Part shown: one piece after another, positions 13,251 through 26,890 of the stretch
How the letters are laid out: each line of letters opens with the position of its first letter
How positions within the stretch are numbered: position 1 is the first letter of the stretch
From: Felis catus
Taxonomy: Eukaryota
Assembly (NCBI RefSeq): GCF_018350175.1
Contig: NC_058368.1
Coordinates: 119,538,001-119,602,000, forward strand
Length of the DNA stretch: 64,000 bases
Reading direction: 5' to 3'
Notes under the pieces: generated by a model
What the model saw: only the letters and a program-made list of their open reading frames with translations
Databases searched by the model: none
Told to the model about the DNA's origin: nothing
Made by a program: the position numbers and the translations under genes

Positions 13251-13615
13251 TGATCTGTTGTTTCGGTGTCACTACAAGCCATATGTTAAAGCCCTACCCA
13301 CTTCCCCAAAGGTGTTTGGAGGTGAAGCCTTTGAGAAGTCATTAGGTTCAGATGAGGTCATGAGGGTGGGTCCCCCCATAAAGGAATTGGTGTCCTTACA
13401 AGAAGAGGAAACAGAGCTCTCTCTCTTTCCACTATGTGAAGATAAAGTGAGAAGGCAGTTCTCTGCAAGCTAGAAAGAGACACCTCACAAGAACTCAACC
13501 ATGCTGGTGCCCTGATATTGGACTTCCAGTCTCCAGAACTGTGAGGATCAACTCATATTGTTTAAGCCAGCCAGTCTGTGGCATTTTGTTATAGCAGCCC
13601 AAGCAGACTAAGACA
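13251..13615 (+). mobile_element. MaLR solo LTR, MLT1A-like
   Basis: gatgaggtcatgagggtggg...ggacttccagtctccagaactgtgag...gactaagaca; TG..CA ends; TSD taggg/gaggg. Confidence 0.9.
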
Positions 13616-14487
13616 GAGGGCATTAATCAACTTTCTCCTGGGTCAAAATCATCTTCTTCCCTTAGGATCCCCTCAGCACCACAAGTGATAATCCTCGGAT
13701 ACATTGCCACTTGAGGTGGTCTGTCAACCAAAATGATGTACTAGTAATAAAGCTTCATTTTCCTTTTGTTTTAGGTTGAAACTAAAGGTGAGTTAAATTT
13801 CTAATGTTTCCATCCCTCCTCTCAATAGATGATTTTGCACATCGCATGGAGTACCATTTCCCAACCTCTGTAGGGGAGAGAATGAGCCCAATCAAAAGGA
13901 CAGGCAATAAACATGACTTAGGGACTTGGATCTGGGAGGGGTGGGTGGGGACAGGAGCTGGGAGCAGCCAGGTGCATTAAATGAGGAAGGGGGGCTCCCT
14001 CTTTATTTCAGGCACTCCTGCTGGGACCATTAACCACATCTTGTATATACAAAGGGCCACGGCCCAGCATAGCACTAGGACATTCAATCAAAAGTTATTA
14101 AATGTAATGGAATTAAAGGAGTTGGAACCATTATGTGACTAATTTAAGTCCCCAGGCTTGGTACATTCAACAGACGGCCAACATTTGTCCAGGGCTAATT
14201 CAGGGCCTGCAGAGGTGGTGGCGTTGCCCCAGTTGTGGGATTGGAAGTTTCTCATTATTTGGCAGAGAGATGGAGAAGGAGGAAAAGCTAGAAACAGCTT
14301 CACTGAAGGGTTAGATTCAAAACTGGAGCTCAACAATAGATGGAGGGTTTGCAGGGTTTCTAATCTGCTTTGAAAATGGGTCCTTTTTTTTTTTTTAAAT
14401 ATAAAGGCAAAGCAAATTAATTACAGCAGATTGAAAAAATAAAGATAAGCCTCCCTTGCTAAAAAAATAAGAAAAGGAAAGAAAAGA

Positions 14488-14702
14488 GGGGCGCCTGGGT
14501 GGCTCAGTCAGTTAAGCATCTGACTTCGGCTCAGGTCATGATCTCACTGTCTGTGGGTTCAAGACCTACATCGGGCTCTGTGCTGACAGCCCAGAGCCTA
14601 GAGCCTACTTCGGATTCTGTCTCCCTCTCTTTCTGCCCCTCCCCTGCTCATGTTATGTCTCTCTCTCAGAAAGAAATAAATATTTTAAAAAATTAAAAAA
14701 AA
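14488..14702 (+). mobile_element. CAN-SINE (SINEC_Fc-like)
   Basis: Canonical head and body; 16-bp TSD aaaaggaaagaaaaga. Confidence 0.97.
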
Positions 14703-15022
14703 AAAAGGAAAGAAAAGAGATGGACTAGAAGAAAAAAAATCATAATCTCACCAAGGAGAGACAACTATATATCAGAGTTAAACTTCTAGTGTATATTCCT
14801 TCAGTCTTTTCTGTGTGTGTGTGTGTGTGTGCATGTATACAAAGAAATCAATTATTATATACATGAACACCCTCAAAATTCACTCTTCACAACCTCTACC
14901 CCAGGATTGAGGCTAAATTCTTCTACCTTCAGACTCTTTTTGATTGACATTATCACCACTTTCAGCATAATGATCAAATAATTGAAGATACATTTAAAGA
15001 GTTAGGGGAGGAGAAATTAGGC

Positions 15023-15477
15023 TGTAGGAGCCAGGGTAGAGCTACATTCCTTGGCACAAGGCAATAAGAGGGTTGGGGAAATGGTTCCCCTCTAGTGGCC
15101 ACACTGTTCCATAGAGGGCACCACTGCTCCACCCCGGAACTCCCTTGCAGCGCCCAGGGCTCTGTGGGTGTTACATTTCCCTGCTCTGCCCATGACCACT
15201 GCTGCTTCTCTGGGTAAAACAGGACCTCCCTGTGACCACCACTGTTCCATGGGGGCTCCAGACCAAAGGGCTACACAGTACAGCATCTCTTGGGAGACAC
15301 AGAGAACAGCTCTGTCTGCCTCGATTTACTTTCTGCCAGATAACTGCATGTGATGTCACAGGTGCATTTGTTGTATTGTACTCTTTATTTATAGCTGCTC
15401 TGCTCTTTAAAAGATTCATATTTCACCCAGGGGGAGGTTCAACAGGAGGATAATCTGGGGGACAACCCTGTCCTACA
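15023..15477. mobile_element. Candidate old solo LTR, family not assigned
   Basis: Imperfect terminal inverted repeats tgtaggagccagggt / accctgtcctaca; LTR-like size of 455 bp; no clear TSD. Confidence 0.45.
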
Positions 15478-15971
15478 GAAAGACATCTCTCCACACAGAG
15501 AACTAACACTCTGTTGCTGGCTCCAGGTGGTGGTATGGAAGTCCTTTTTCTTTCAGCAGGAACTCTTCCTGACAGCATCCTCAGTCCTGCGCAGACTTCT
15601 CCCAAATATGCCTAGGCATATATTTGTCCAGCAGAGCATGTGATTTTCGTTTATCATTTTTGTTCCCCTCCTCCCCGCCCCAGGAGGAATCTTAGCTTTC
15701 GTGGCAAGTAGCCCTCTAATTGCCCTTTCCACATCTACACCTTTGTGCCAAAATGCCCAGAGAGGTCAGAATTCTCTCAGCCTTATTCACTGACTTCTCA
15801 TGTCTGACCTAGGCTCAGAAAAGTCCTAAATCCCAGTATTACAAGCTGCAAAGCAGGATTCAATCTCTGAACCCACACTATATGGGGTCATATTTTATAA
15901 TATTTTAGGAAAAACCATGAAACACCACACTAAAGTGTTTGAACATAATTACATAGACAATGAAAACTTAG

Positions 15972-15973
<2 letters not shown>

Positions 15974-16015
<42 letters not shown>
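15974..16015. repeat. (GT)21 microsatellite
   Basis: Perfect run. Confidence 0.97.
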
Positions 16016-16017
<2 letters not shown>

Positions 16018-16350
16018 GCACACACACATTTGTTTTTAGCAAAATGTACTTATTCACCTTTAGGGGCTATAATTTTTTTTCAGTCTGCTATGTATGTCCA
16101 GCTAAAATTTATTTATATATCTGACATGTATTTATAAATCTCAAATGACCAATGGCTGAAAAAGTTTTAGAATATTTAATAAATACAGAAAAACTTTGGA
16201 TCGCGAGTAACTTGTTCTGTAAGTGTTCCACAAGACGAGCAAACATTTCTAATAAATTTTAACTTGATAAATGAGTGATGTCTTGCAATATGAGTAGTAT
16301 GTGATGCCGAATGTCACATGATCACAACTAAGCCAATGGTTCCTCTCTTC

Positions 16351-16381
<31 letters not shown>

Positions 16382-16391
16382 TCTCTATCTC
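16351..16391. repeat. (CT)n microsatellite
   Basis: Interrupted CT run. Confidence 0.9.
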
Positions 16392-16744
16392 TGCAGGATT
16401 GTGGATGATTGTCTCCCATGCCCAGATGCTCAGTCTCAGGCCCTGGTGTTTGGCAGAAACTAGTGATTGGAAAGTGCCCACAACTGGCACTAGTGTATTT
16501 TTTTGTCACTTCAAAGCACCTATGGACGGTCCTTTGCTTTTCCATACAAGAGTAAGCTTAGGAATGCTTTGCTCCATTCTAGGTCAGGCTGCCTGAAGAT
16601 ATAGACCCTTTCCTCTGCTGCCTTATTAGTACTGGACTGTAGTCAACATCCCTCCAAGCATATACAATGGCCCCATGCAGAAAAAGATTCCACTGAGCCA
16701 ATAGATAGCTGTGATTCCATTATACATAGCGAAAGTCGTCCTAC

Positions 16745-17022
16745 ACAATAACCCTCCTCTCTCTCGTCTCCCTCACCCCAGCCATGAAAGTTTTTGAAGG
16801 TAAGTGCAGGCTAATTTATTTTTCTTTACATTTTGTATTTTCTTCATTATTTTGTATTATATTACACTATTGTTATCATTTTTACATGAATATTTTGGGG
16901 TTGTGGAATGAATCATCGGAGTTTCCATTATTTATTATGGGGGAATTCACTTTGATATACAAGTGCTTTGGATTACAAGTGTGTTTCTGGAACGAATTAT
17001 GCTTGCAACCAAGGTTTTACAG
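16745..17022. mobile_element. TcMar-Tigger-like DNA transposon end fragment
   Basis: Ends ...gaacgaattatgcttgcaaccaaggttttacag|ta, a Tigger-type terminus followed by TA. Confidence 0.55.
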
Positions 17023-17059
17023 TAACTTGAATTTAAGCCAAATGGCTTTGTACACACAG

Positions 17060-17606
17060 TGATTATATTCTCATCTGCTCAGCATCCCTTCCTCTGCAGG
17101 AATCAATTCTTACCTATTCCATGTATTAGGGAGTCAAGAGCTAGCCCACTTCTTTTGGCTCCTGGCATCATGTGTCTCAGGCTCAACCAATCAGAGTCCT
17201 TCAATCTCTAGGACACAGTGATGAGTTCAGGAAAGGGCATGCGATTCAAGCTCCATCAAAGTCTCCCTGACTTTTTTTTCACTAGCACCATCAAGAGAGA
17301 CTTTATCTCTTGTTCTGAATTCAAAGCTATAAGACTATTGTGAGTTTGGAGCTATTTATTGATAATTCGTTTCCCACTACAAAGAGAGAATCTTCTGAGA
17401 ATAAAACCAGACAGAGTCTAACTGAGCTGAGAGATGCAAAGAGAAAAACACAACTCTGGTGATATTATTTGAGTGCCTGGGAGCAACCATTCTTGGCTTC
17501 CCAGTTGTATCAGCAAATACACTGCTTTTTTCTTATTTTATACTTCAACCAGTTGAGGTTGGTACCTGGCTATACTTCGTAACACAAAATAAGCCAAAAC
17601 TGATAA
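17060..17606 (+). mobile_element. Old MaLR LTR (MLT1J/K-like)
   Basis: ccaatcagag...cacagtgatgagttcagg...gggcatgcga...cttcccagttg...ccagttgaggttgg. Confidence 0.65.
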
Positions 17607-18461
17607 CCAGGTTCAAAAAATGAAAGAAGACTTGATCTAAACAAGAGGGAAGTATTGTCCTTCTGTCCTGTGATAGGTAGACAGAACCCGATCAGAGGGA
17701 AACAATGATTTGCATAATTTTGTCCTTTTACAGAGAAACTTGAGACTCAGAGAAGCTTATTATCTTGGCCAAGGGAACATAGCAAGTAAGGGGAGAGGGA
17801 AGGATGTGCATGTAGGTTTGTCTCCAAAGTTCACCCACTCTTGAGATAAGGAAAAATTACCTACCCTGCCAATATATGTCAATAAGCAAACACAGTGAGG
17901 GAAGAAGATAAATAAAATAAGCATGCAGCTTTCCAGCACTATCAATTTATTATGAGTTATATGATTCACTTTTCTGTTCCTTATTGATAAATGAAGTCTC
18001 TCAACCTCCTTACCCCCAAGTTCTATCCAGGTTAGAACCTGTTACATATTTTCCTCTAAGCCAGAAAAATGGCTGATCCATACCAGACATAAGTGATGTC
18101 CACTGCAAACTGGCTGAGCTGCTGTCCTACTCTAAAAGGTGAATGCCTTTCAGTTCTTCTTAGGAGCATCTTTAAATACCTCTAATCACCTGTTCTCCTT
18201 TTGTCCTCTGTTCAATTATAATCAATTTAATTTGTTGCAATTCAATGAATATTTATTGAAAATATTATGTGCAAGGAGCCATGCTGGGCAGATGACCTAG
18301 TTAGGGAATGAACTGAAACAAACATCAAAAGAATGAGCGGTGTTTTCCATTCCTGTGATCCATTTTCCACCCTCCAACCTCCATAACTAATCCTTTGTGT
18401 ACTGGAGACTGGGTCTCCTGTTGACAAAGAGAAGTAACTTGTTTCAAAAAGTTGAGGCCAC

Positions 18462-18853
18462 TGTTATCGGTTGAATTATGTTCCCCAAAATTCATAAGCT
18501 AAAGTCCTAACTCCCAATACCTCAGAAGGTAACCTTATTGAAGTCATTAGGATGGGCTCTAATTCAATGATTGATGTCCTTATTAAAGGGTGAAGTTTGG
18601 TCACAGACTTGCAGAGAAGGAAGATGATGGGAAGATACAGAGAAAATACCATATGAATATAAACATGACCATCTACAAGCCATGGGGAGAAGCCTGGAAC
18701 AGGTCCTTTCCTCAGAGCCCTTAGGAAGAACCAACCCTACCACCATCTTGATTTCAGACTTGTAGTCTCAAGAACTGTGAGACAATAAATTTCTGTTGTT
18801 TAAACCATCAAATTTGTGATACTTTGCTATAGCAGCCCTGGCAAACTAATACA
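18462..18853 (+). mobile_element. MaLR solo LTR, MLT1B-like
   Basis: tgttatcggttgaattatgttcccc...agaactgtgagacaataaatttctgttgtttaa...aaactaataca. Confidence 0.9.
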
Positions 18854-20959
18854 ATCGCAAATTGGCTATCATCATGTAGGGTCTGCTTGGCCTTCATAAT
18901 GTTTTTATTTTTTAATTGCACCAAAATTTTCAAGTTAGGAAATTCAACTGAAAAAAATCTGGATTCCTGAAATGCTAGAAAATCCACAATTCTGGGATTT
19001 TATTCCCATGTGACAAAAAACACCTGGAACCGAGGAACAACTTCCTCCTCTCCAGTCCACCATGGTCCTTCCCAGCAGAGTTCATCTTGCATTCGCTAAG
19101 GCTGAGTGATTGCTGCCAACTGGCATCATGTTAGAGGCCACTGTCTAGGGGTCCAGCCTAGGCTTACTGAAATACTGGGCTGGCCTGACCCAAGATGGGA
19201 AGTCTCCAAGGCTAGAGGAGGGAGAAGTAGTATGACCACAGGAAAAGAGGCTGGGTTCTAGGTGATGTGAAGGGGGTAGACTCTCCTGTATGAAGAGTGA
19301 CAGGAACCAGCAATCACAGGAGAGAAGAGGTGGGGTGGGGATATAGCATGGCTGCCTGGATCCCGAACTCATGTTCTGTGTTATTGGGAGCCATGCTGAA
19401 GGTTCCTAGAGCCAGTCTGGGCATTGAAGACGTGATGTCATGAGTAAAGACCCTGGAATGATCTATGTGGACAACAAAAATCTCAGTGGCACCATAATGG
19501 ACTGAAGAACAGAGGCCCTTCCTCATATTTTCCAGGCTGCATTAACCCAGCAGGACTGCTGAATGCTGCCTATGCCACTAACCCACCCCGATAACGACTG
19601 ATAATGGATTTGTTGTCAACCCCAACAAATGAGATTCATTTAGACTTAGAAAAACAACATAGGTGAATTTCCTTACACTATAATAGTGCAGAGGAAATTT
19701 TCAAAAGGAATGATTGGTAGTACAGCCTACTCTTTTACTTCACATCCGCTTCATAAATGAAGCCCAGAGAGGTCAAGTAACTTGCCTACCGGCACACAGC
19801 CAGTAATTGTTTTGAAAACAAAACCCATTTTCCATCTCCTCTGTGGGTTGGTTCTTCATTAATAAGCTCCCAGCAGGTAGGTTACATGCAGCAGAAAGTT
19901 GAGGTTGCTGATGACCTCTTCTCCACCCCTCTTTTAGTTCCAGAGAGCGGAGTGGCTTTTCTTCTCTATCCAGGAAACCTGTGCCCTTTCAAACAGGTCT
20001 CCAAGGAGCTTTGCTGAATAAACATGAATACCTGCAATCATTCAGAATTGGAAAGCAGCATAAATGGTCTCAAATGCCACTGCTTTCATCTACAAAGCTT
20101 TTCCCCAGTGTTAGAGTTTGGCATTTTTCATCACTGTGCTTTAGCTGAAACAAAACCTGGTGAGGATAAGTGAGGAAGGATAATTGCAAAGACAGATTTC
20201 CTAATATATGAAGAAGTATACCAAGTAACGATGCAGATATTTATAAAAATCTTGCCTTAATTACCTTCTAATTCCAGAAGTAATTTTTACTGTGTAGAGA
20301 TTAATGAGAAGCTAACTTAATGAACCTTTGGCAAGTCCTGGAAGAGCACTCTTTCAATAAAAAGATTACTCTGCCATTCACCAAAGTTCTCTTCAGCTCT
20401 CAAAACCCTTACGAGGGTGAGTAAATGGGAAGCTAACAACCGCCAGTGAAAATGGAAGAGACTCTGTCCCCGGGCCCCAATTCTGTGCCCTGGACCTTCC
20501 CCTCTACCAGCTCTCAGATGCAAAAACACACAGTAGTTTCTCTAATGCAGGCAGCACCTTTCACTTATCACTTTCCGAAAGAGAAGAGTGGGGAGGCCCT
20601 AGGAAACTTAAAAGCCTACATTCATTGCACAGAGGAGCAAAATGAGGCCCAGAAAGAATCCCAAGATCCCTTGGCTATATACAGGACTGGACACAGGACC
20701 CCAAGTTTTCATCCCTCCTTCAACTGTGGAGTTTTCATCCTGCAGTAGGCTGGCAGTGCAGGGTCTTAGAGTCTCTGTGGCCCAAAAAATCCCACAATGG
20801 GCAAACAGTGACAAAAGTTAAATCAACAGGTTTGGTTTTTTTATGACATCAAGCAAGCAGTTTGATATTCTCTTCAGTTAGATGATATGCTTTTTAAGAA
20901 TCTTCAAAAATTCTGCCTTTATTGAAGATTCCCAGAAAATTGAAACGTTTATTGAGGAC

Positions 20960-21178
20960 TGATATTTATTGAGCACTTACATTGTGTCAGGCTAATTGCG
21001 CTACAACGCGTTATCTCAGTTGATCCCTCCAGCAATTTAATGGGGTGAGCTGTATCCATACCCTCAACTTTACTGATGAGAACAGAAGCTTAGGAAACTT
21101 TCCTTAGTTCATACAGATAGCATGTGACATATCCTGGATGCAAACCCAGATTTGTCAGATTTTGGATTCCAAAATCCA
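20960..21178 (-). mobile_element. MIR SINE fragment
   Basis: atttattgagcacttac...tttactgatgagaacagaagct...tttggattccaaaatccatg. Confidence 0.75.
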
Positions 21179-21705
21179 TGTATTTATTTTCTATTGCTGC
21201 CTAACAAATTATCACAAATTTAATGGTGAAAATAAAATGTGTTTTTCTTACAGCTCTCACAGTTCTGCAGGCAACAGTCCTGGTAGGTTTGGCCTTGTTC
21301 TACTGAAGGTAACTATCATAAGGCCACAATCAAGGTGTAGGCTGTCTGGGCTGTCTGAAGGCTGTAGAGAAGTACCCACTTTCAAGATCATTCAGGTTGC
21401 TGGCAGAAAACAGTCCTTTATGACTATAGGACTAAGGTCCCTGCTTTCCAACTGGCTGTCAGCCAGAGTCCAATCTATGCCCCTAGATACCACCTGCATT
21501 CGCTCTCACTCATCCCCCTCTACCCTCAAAGCAGCAAGGGTACACGTCCTGCTCATGCTCATGCAATTAGATCAGGACCACTAGGTAACCTCTGTTTCTT
21601 AAGATCAAGTGGCACGAAACTTCAATCACATCTGCAAAAGTCCTTCCCAGCAGTACCTAGATTAGTGCTTTATTAAAAATAATAACCAGGGAACAGGAAT
21701 CTTAC
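21179..21705 (-). mobile_element. MaLR LTR (MLT1E/F-like)
   Basis: tgtatttattttctattgctgcctaacaaattatcacaaattt... and cagcagtacctagattagtg. Confidence 0.75.
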
Positions 21706-23294
21706 AAGGTAGAAAGTGACACAGATTCAGTGTTCGGCAGTACACAGGGTGAGATCAGGGACTGGTGGGGACTAAAGAGAACCAGCTCCTCCGGTGTCCC
21801 AGTCACAGAAGGCTGCCACTATGCAGCTCACCAAGATTGCTGCTACCTGGGAAAGTAAAAGGAGTGTTAACAACTCTTCCGATTTTTCAGGGCCAGCCAT
21901 CTGGATTTTTATGGGAAATCATTCAATTAGAAAAATTTTCCAACCAGTTTAAAAACAAAACCTAGTCATCTTCAGATGAGAAACGACCTTTAGGCCAACA
22001 GTTGGAAACGAATGAAACAAATACAATGGTCAGAGCTGCTTACTCCCGGATTCCTTAATCCAGTTACTTGTGGCATTCCCCACGTCTACAGCCTCATCTT
22101 TGCCTGCCTCCGTTCTCTGTCTTGAGTACCATACACAGTTGCTTACCCCAATATCCCAATACAAACGGTTTTCCATAATCAAACCTTCAGAGGGGGTTGA
22201 TCTTCAGAGCTTAACGGAGTCTTTCTGAAGCAGCTGGTGTGGGACTCCTTCAGATGGTCTCAATGACAGATTATCTGTTCTCTTTATAAAAAATCTGTAC
22301 AGATTGCCCCCAAACTGTTGCTTGTCTGCCTGCTCCACTAGACCATAAACTCAAAGAAAGCAGGAAACAACGAGGCCCATTTGAATTGATATCCCCTTAA
22401 AGTAATTGCCTAGGTGAGCTTAGTAATGATTTCTGCAATGAACAAAAGACATTCTGCAACAATGTTCCTAAAAGGTCACTAGTCATCCTGCACCTATATT
22501 CATCAAAATCTGTACGACTCAAGGAAGAGAGGAGTGCTTTGCTTGAGAGTCTGAGTTTGGAAATCAGTGAAACAATGGAACTATTGTTTAAAAGTCTTTT
22601 GAATGAACATCCATTTTAAAAAGTCATTATCACTCTAATAATTAAAAATGAATCCCCTCTGGGTGTGACACAGCACATATGTGGTCTGTTGAGCCACAAA
22701 TGAGCACCTAGTGCTGTCACCCAGCCCGCTCTATAGTACAGCCATGGTAGACAGAGTCAGAGGAACTTTAAAAGAGAAATGCTAGTAATGCGGTAACTCC
22801 AGCAGTCCCTGGGGGTTTTATATTTCAATAGGTAAAAAGAGTTTTAAGGCACAAATTTACAATTATGTATACAGACATTCTACATTTTCGTCCTTAATCC
22901 TTATATTAGAAGGAAACCCTAACAGAATGTGTCTAGAACATAGCGAGGGTGAAACCATCTGTTTTCTATCACCTTGTGCCTGTGGAGTTAACTCCAATAA
23001 CACTGTTAATCCAAAACAGATCAGACCCTGGACATTCCAAGGAAACAACACACTACAGTTCCTTGTCCTTGTTTCTGGGATGTTATCTTGTGCTGTATAT
23101 ATTAACTGGTTTCTCTCTGTTCATTATCACTGCTGTGGAAACGCTTCCTAGTAGGACTGAATGGCCATGGACAGCTCCTGTGGGCCCTTCCACAGATACT
23201 CCTTTTTACCTCATTCTAATTAAATACCTGTTCATGCTTCCATGTTACCCCAAAATGTAGCTGGTGTCTACACTTTCATGTCTCAAAGAACACT

Positions 23295-23412
23295 GGGGTG
23301 CCTGGCTGGCTCACTTGGAAGAGCATGAGGCTCTTGGGTTTAAGGTCATGAGTTTGAACCCTGCATTGGGTGTAAGTTTATTTAAATAATTATATAAAAA
23401 ACTTTAAAAAAA
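23295..23412 (+). mobile_element. Short CAN-SINE subtype (tRNA head plus A-rich tail, no CT tract)
   Basis: ggggtgcctggctggctca...gagcatg...gtcatgagtttgaaccctgcattgggtgta, then A/T tail. Confidence 0.85.
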
Positions 23413-24001
23413 TTAGTGGAACATTCTTTAGAAAACCCACTGATCTGGAGTCAAAAGGTCTTGTCTAGTCCCATCTGCCATTAGCAAACTCTGTGAGCCA
23501 GAGGGAATTACCTCAGCCCTCTGGGACTCATTTTCTTCACTTATGAGAAAGAGTTCCTTTGAACCATAAAGATGTATAAGTCACCTATACTGATAAGGAA
23601 TGGTCTTAGTTATCAGTACTTCCTTTCTTACACAGTTGGCATGAACTCTTTGGAGTGATTTTCTTTATAAAGAACCCAGACTAGTACACAAATAGTCTGC
23701 ATCTCTGACGACCAAATAAACCATAGCTGAAACATAAAACTACACAGTTACTCTGACAATGAATTTACACTCCAAAGGATTGTTTCTTTGGTTACATGGA
23801 ATGTGTTTTCCATGCTTCTCCTCATCTAAGAAAAAGAGATACATAATTATGGAATGAAGAAACTGACTGCTTCTAAACCTTTAGTCAGAAAGAGTGGGAT
23901 TTTTTTAAGCAAGCAAATAAAAAACCTTTAATATTTTTTTTGTTTCCCCAGAGAGCAAGAAAACAGAATCTCACTGGAAAAAAATACTAGATACATACAT
24001 C

Positions 24002-24006
<5 letters not shown>

Positions 24007-24047
<41 letters not shown>
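24007..24047. repeat. (AC)20 microsatellite
   Basis: Perfect run. Confidence 0.97.
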
Positions 24048-24051
<4 letters not shown>

Positions 24052-25699
24052 TCCATCCCTGGCAAACTCCATCGATATAATTCATTGCTCTGATCCCTCC
24101 CAGCACATGCTGGGACTCAACTCTTTCCTTTGAAATTTTCATGTGATATGGACAAAAAGAAATTGGATTAACATTATGAATATGATTTCATGAAACTAGA
24201 GTCTTGATATGGGAACAAACCTTTACAGTAAATGGGAATATTCTGAATAGCAGGGGCCAAGCAGGCAGGTGTGGCCAACCTTCAACAGGGAGACCTGTGT
24301 TTCAGAAATGAGGTGCACTTCTCATTTCTCAGTGGACTAGTGGTGTGCTATGGCCATCTCCACACAGGAGAGTGAATCGCTACAGGGAGTATGTAAGACA
24401 ATCCAAGAAGTATGAGAAAGAAATTCTAGAAAACATTAGAGCTTCCACTTATGATTATTTTAAGTAAAAATAAAAAGAAATTAAGACTTGCTCATATTTA
24501 TCATATGTATTGACACCAGTATCTTCATATAGTATTTATTATGGTCAGAGAAAGTGGATTCCTGAATCATATTGTTTGAACTAAGCTAACCCTCATGGAA
24601 TAGACAAATATCTATTTTGTAAAGACACAGAATTTTAAAGATAACGTCAATAATCCAAGTACAATAATGGAAGAACAGACATTTGTCCTACTCTAAGCAT
24701 AAACTCTATTTTTTTAAATACAAGTTTTATTGGAGAAAAACAGAACCACCATGTACACAGGGGAAAGAGCACACGAATTTAACTGATACAGAACAACTGA
24801 AAGTCACAATTACCCAATGCTGCTTGCAATTACTTTTCAATTTTTTTAAACAGCTCCCCTCAACTTGTTTTTTTTTTTAATAGTCTTGCCAGTTTTTCAG
24901 TTGAAACAGCATCAAGTTTTCAAAAAAATAAGAGCCTCAGGGAAGGGACCAGGTTTCAAAGATAACAAAAGTGACACAAAGACTCTCCTCCTAACAGGGA
25001 CCAATCCTACCTAGAAATTCCTGAAGAGTAACTACTGAGTCTTGTGGAGTAGTCTATATATCTCAGAGACCATCAGGTATGAGTTAGATATAAATAGCAG
25101 TGATAAAAATAAAGTAAAAGTAAATGAAAGCCTAAAGGAGATTTAGAAGTACTAACTTTCCAAGGAATTAGTGGATATAAATAGTCAAGTCATGGTAATA
25201 CTTGGAAAATGATGTATCTGTGACCTTAGGTCAAGGGAGAAAACCAAGTTAGAACAGTATCATGAATTAACTTTGAAACAAGATTTGACCTATAAACAGA
25301 CCAGGTCTACTTTATATTATATAACCAATTGAAAAATAAATCAATTATACTGAATGCAAACGAGAGTTTTGTATTTAACAGCATGCAAACAAAAGGGTGG
25401 TAAAGATTTCTTAAGTGGAAATGTAATGATAAGGTAAAGGAAGATGGAATGGAATTTGTTGAAAACGTGCCTTTGCTCAAGTACAACTAGAATAAGCAAT
25501 TTATTTCTTCTTTAGGAGCAATCCAATGATGATAAGTGTGAGGAAATTATTCATACCTGTATGAGTTAACTTATTAACTCTGTATTTGTGGTTGTTTTTT
25601 TTTCTATCATTTTGACCTTACAATATTAGTACCCCATATGAAAAATACAACACTGTTTGTATAAACCGAATTGAAACAAAAAATTATTAAAGATTAGAA

Positions 25700-26085
25700 T
25701 GACAGAAGCTAATTTTATTGGTTATTTATTGCACAATTTTCTTGATTCTAGAGTAGCATCAATTTATAAACATCTTCCAGAAAAAAAGTGAAAAAGACAA
25801 AAAAAAAAAAAAAGAAACATTGTTAGGTACATCAATTTTAAGACACATTCCAATTTCAGAATGTGAAAACATGACTTAGAATCCAGGAACTATGATCTGG
25901 TACCGTGCTAAATGATTTGTATAAAAGTAATCACAATGAATCCTTGCAACAATCCTATGAAGTAGGGGTTATCATTCCTATTTTATAATTATCCTATAGG
26001 GGTAAGTGACTTGCCCAAGGTCACAGTTTATAAATGCAGGGCCTGCATGGAAGCCCAGATCCTCCTGGCTCCAAGTCCCTGCATT
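25700..26085 (-). mobile_element. MIR, probably interrupted by a Tc2-like MITE (about 25735-25900)
   Basis: aacaatcctatgaagtagg...taagtgacttgcccaaggtcacag; insert bounded by ttttcttgattctag and ttagaatccaggaac. Confidence 0.55.
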
Positions 26086-26649
26086 ACAGAAGCTGAGATC
26101 ATTAATTTTTTAGTGGTCATGTCATCTCTGGTTTCTGGGTCATAAGAAAGAAAGATCTTATTTTGCTTGGTGCTTGTCTTCAAGTATTTCTGAACCTCCC
26201 TCATGGCTTAGCTCCAATCTTTCCAAATATGTCTGACTTGGAACAAGATCAAAATAAAAGAAGAAAAAGATGCATGAGTAAACACCAACAGATAGTAGAG
26301 ACTGGAGAGGCCAGCAGATTCTTAGGAAATATTATGCCCTCAGAGCCCAAGCTGAATGGTGCAGGGAACCTTTGTGCTTAGCAGAAAGGCAGCAGTGAAT
26401 CACAATGCTCCTGTTCAAGGTCTAGTTCCTTGCCATCTGAGGAGCAGCAGGGGCTTCTGCCCAAATTTTCTTAGAAGGTTTAGACTTCCAAAAGCACGTC
26501 AGGGATTACATAGCCCCTTATTATACAGAGAAGAGTCCCTATGAGAGAAATGACCTACCCAAGGTCCCATAGGGGATTGCTGATAGATCTAGCAGCAGTA
26601 TTCATATTTTCATGGTATCCAGATTTCATTTTAATCATTAATCATAATC

Positions 26650-26890
26650 ACTACCAGTTGTTGAGTATTTACTATGTGCCAGGTCCTGTACTGTTTTGTG
26701 CACAGTATTCCACTTAATCTTAACAACAGCTCTGTGATACTGACCCCATTATCATGCCTACTTTACAGATGAGGGACATGAGGTGTGAAAGTTCAATTAT
26801 TTCACCCAAGGCCAATCCTACAGTAAGACATGGAGCAGCAGAATCCCAAACTAGATATGTCTGAGTGCAGAGCCCACGGACTTCTATGCT
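26650..26890 (-). mobile_element. MIR SINE
   Basis: ttgagtatttactatgtgccagg...tttacagatgagggacatgagg...cccaaggcca. Confidence 0.85.
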
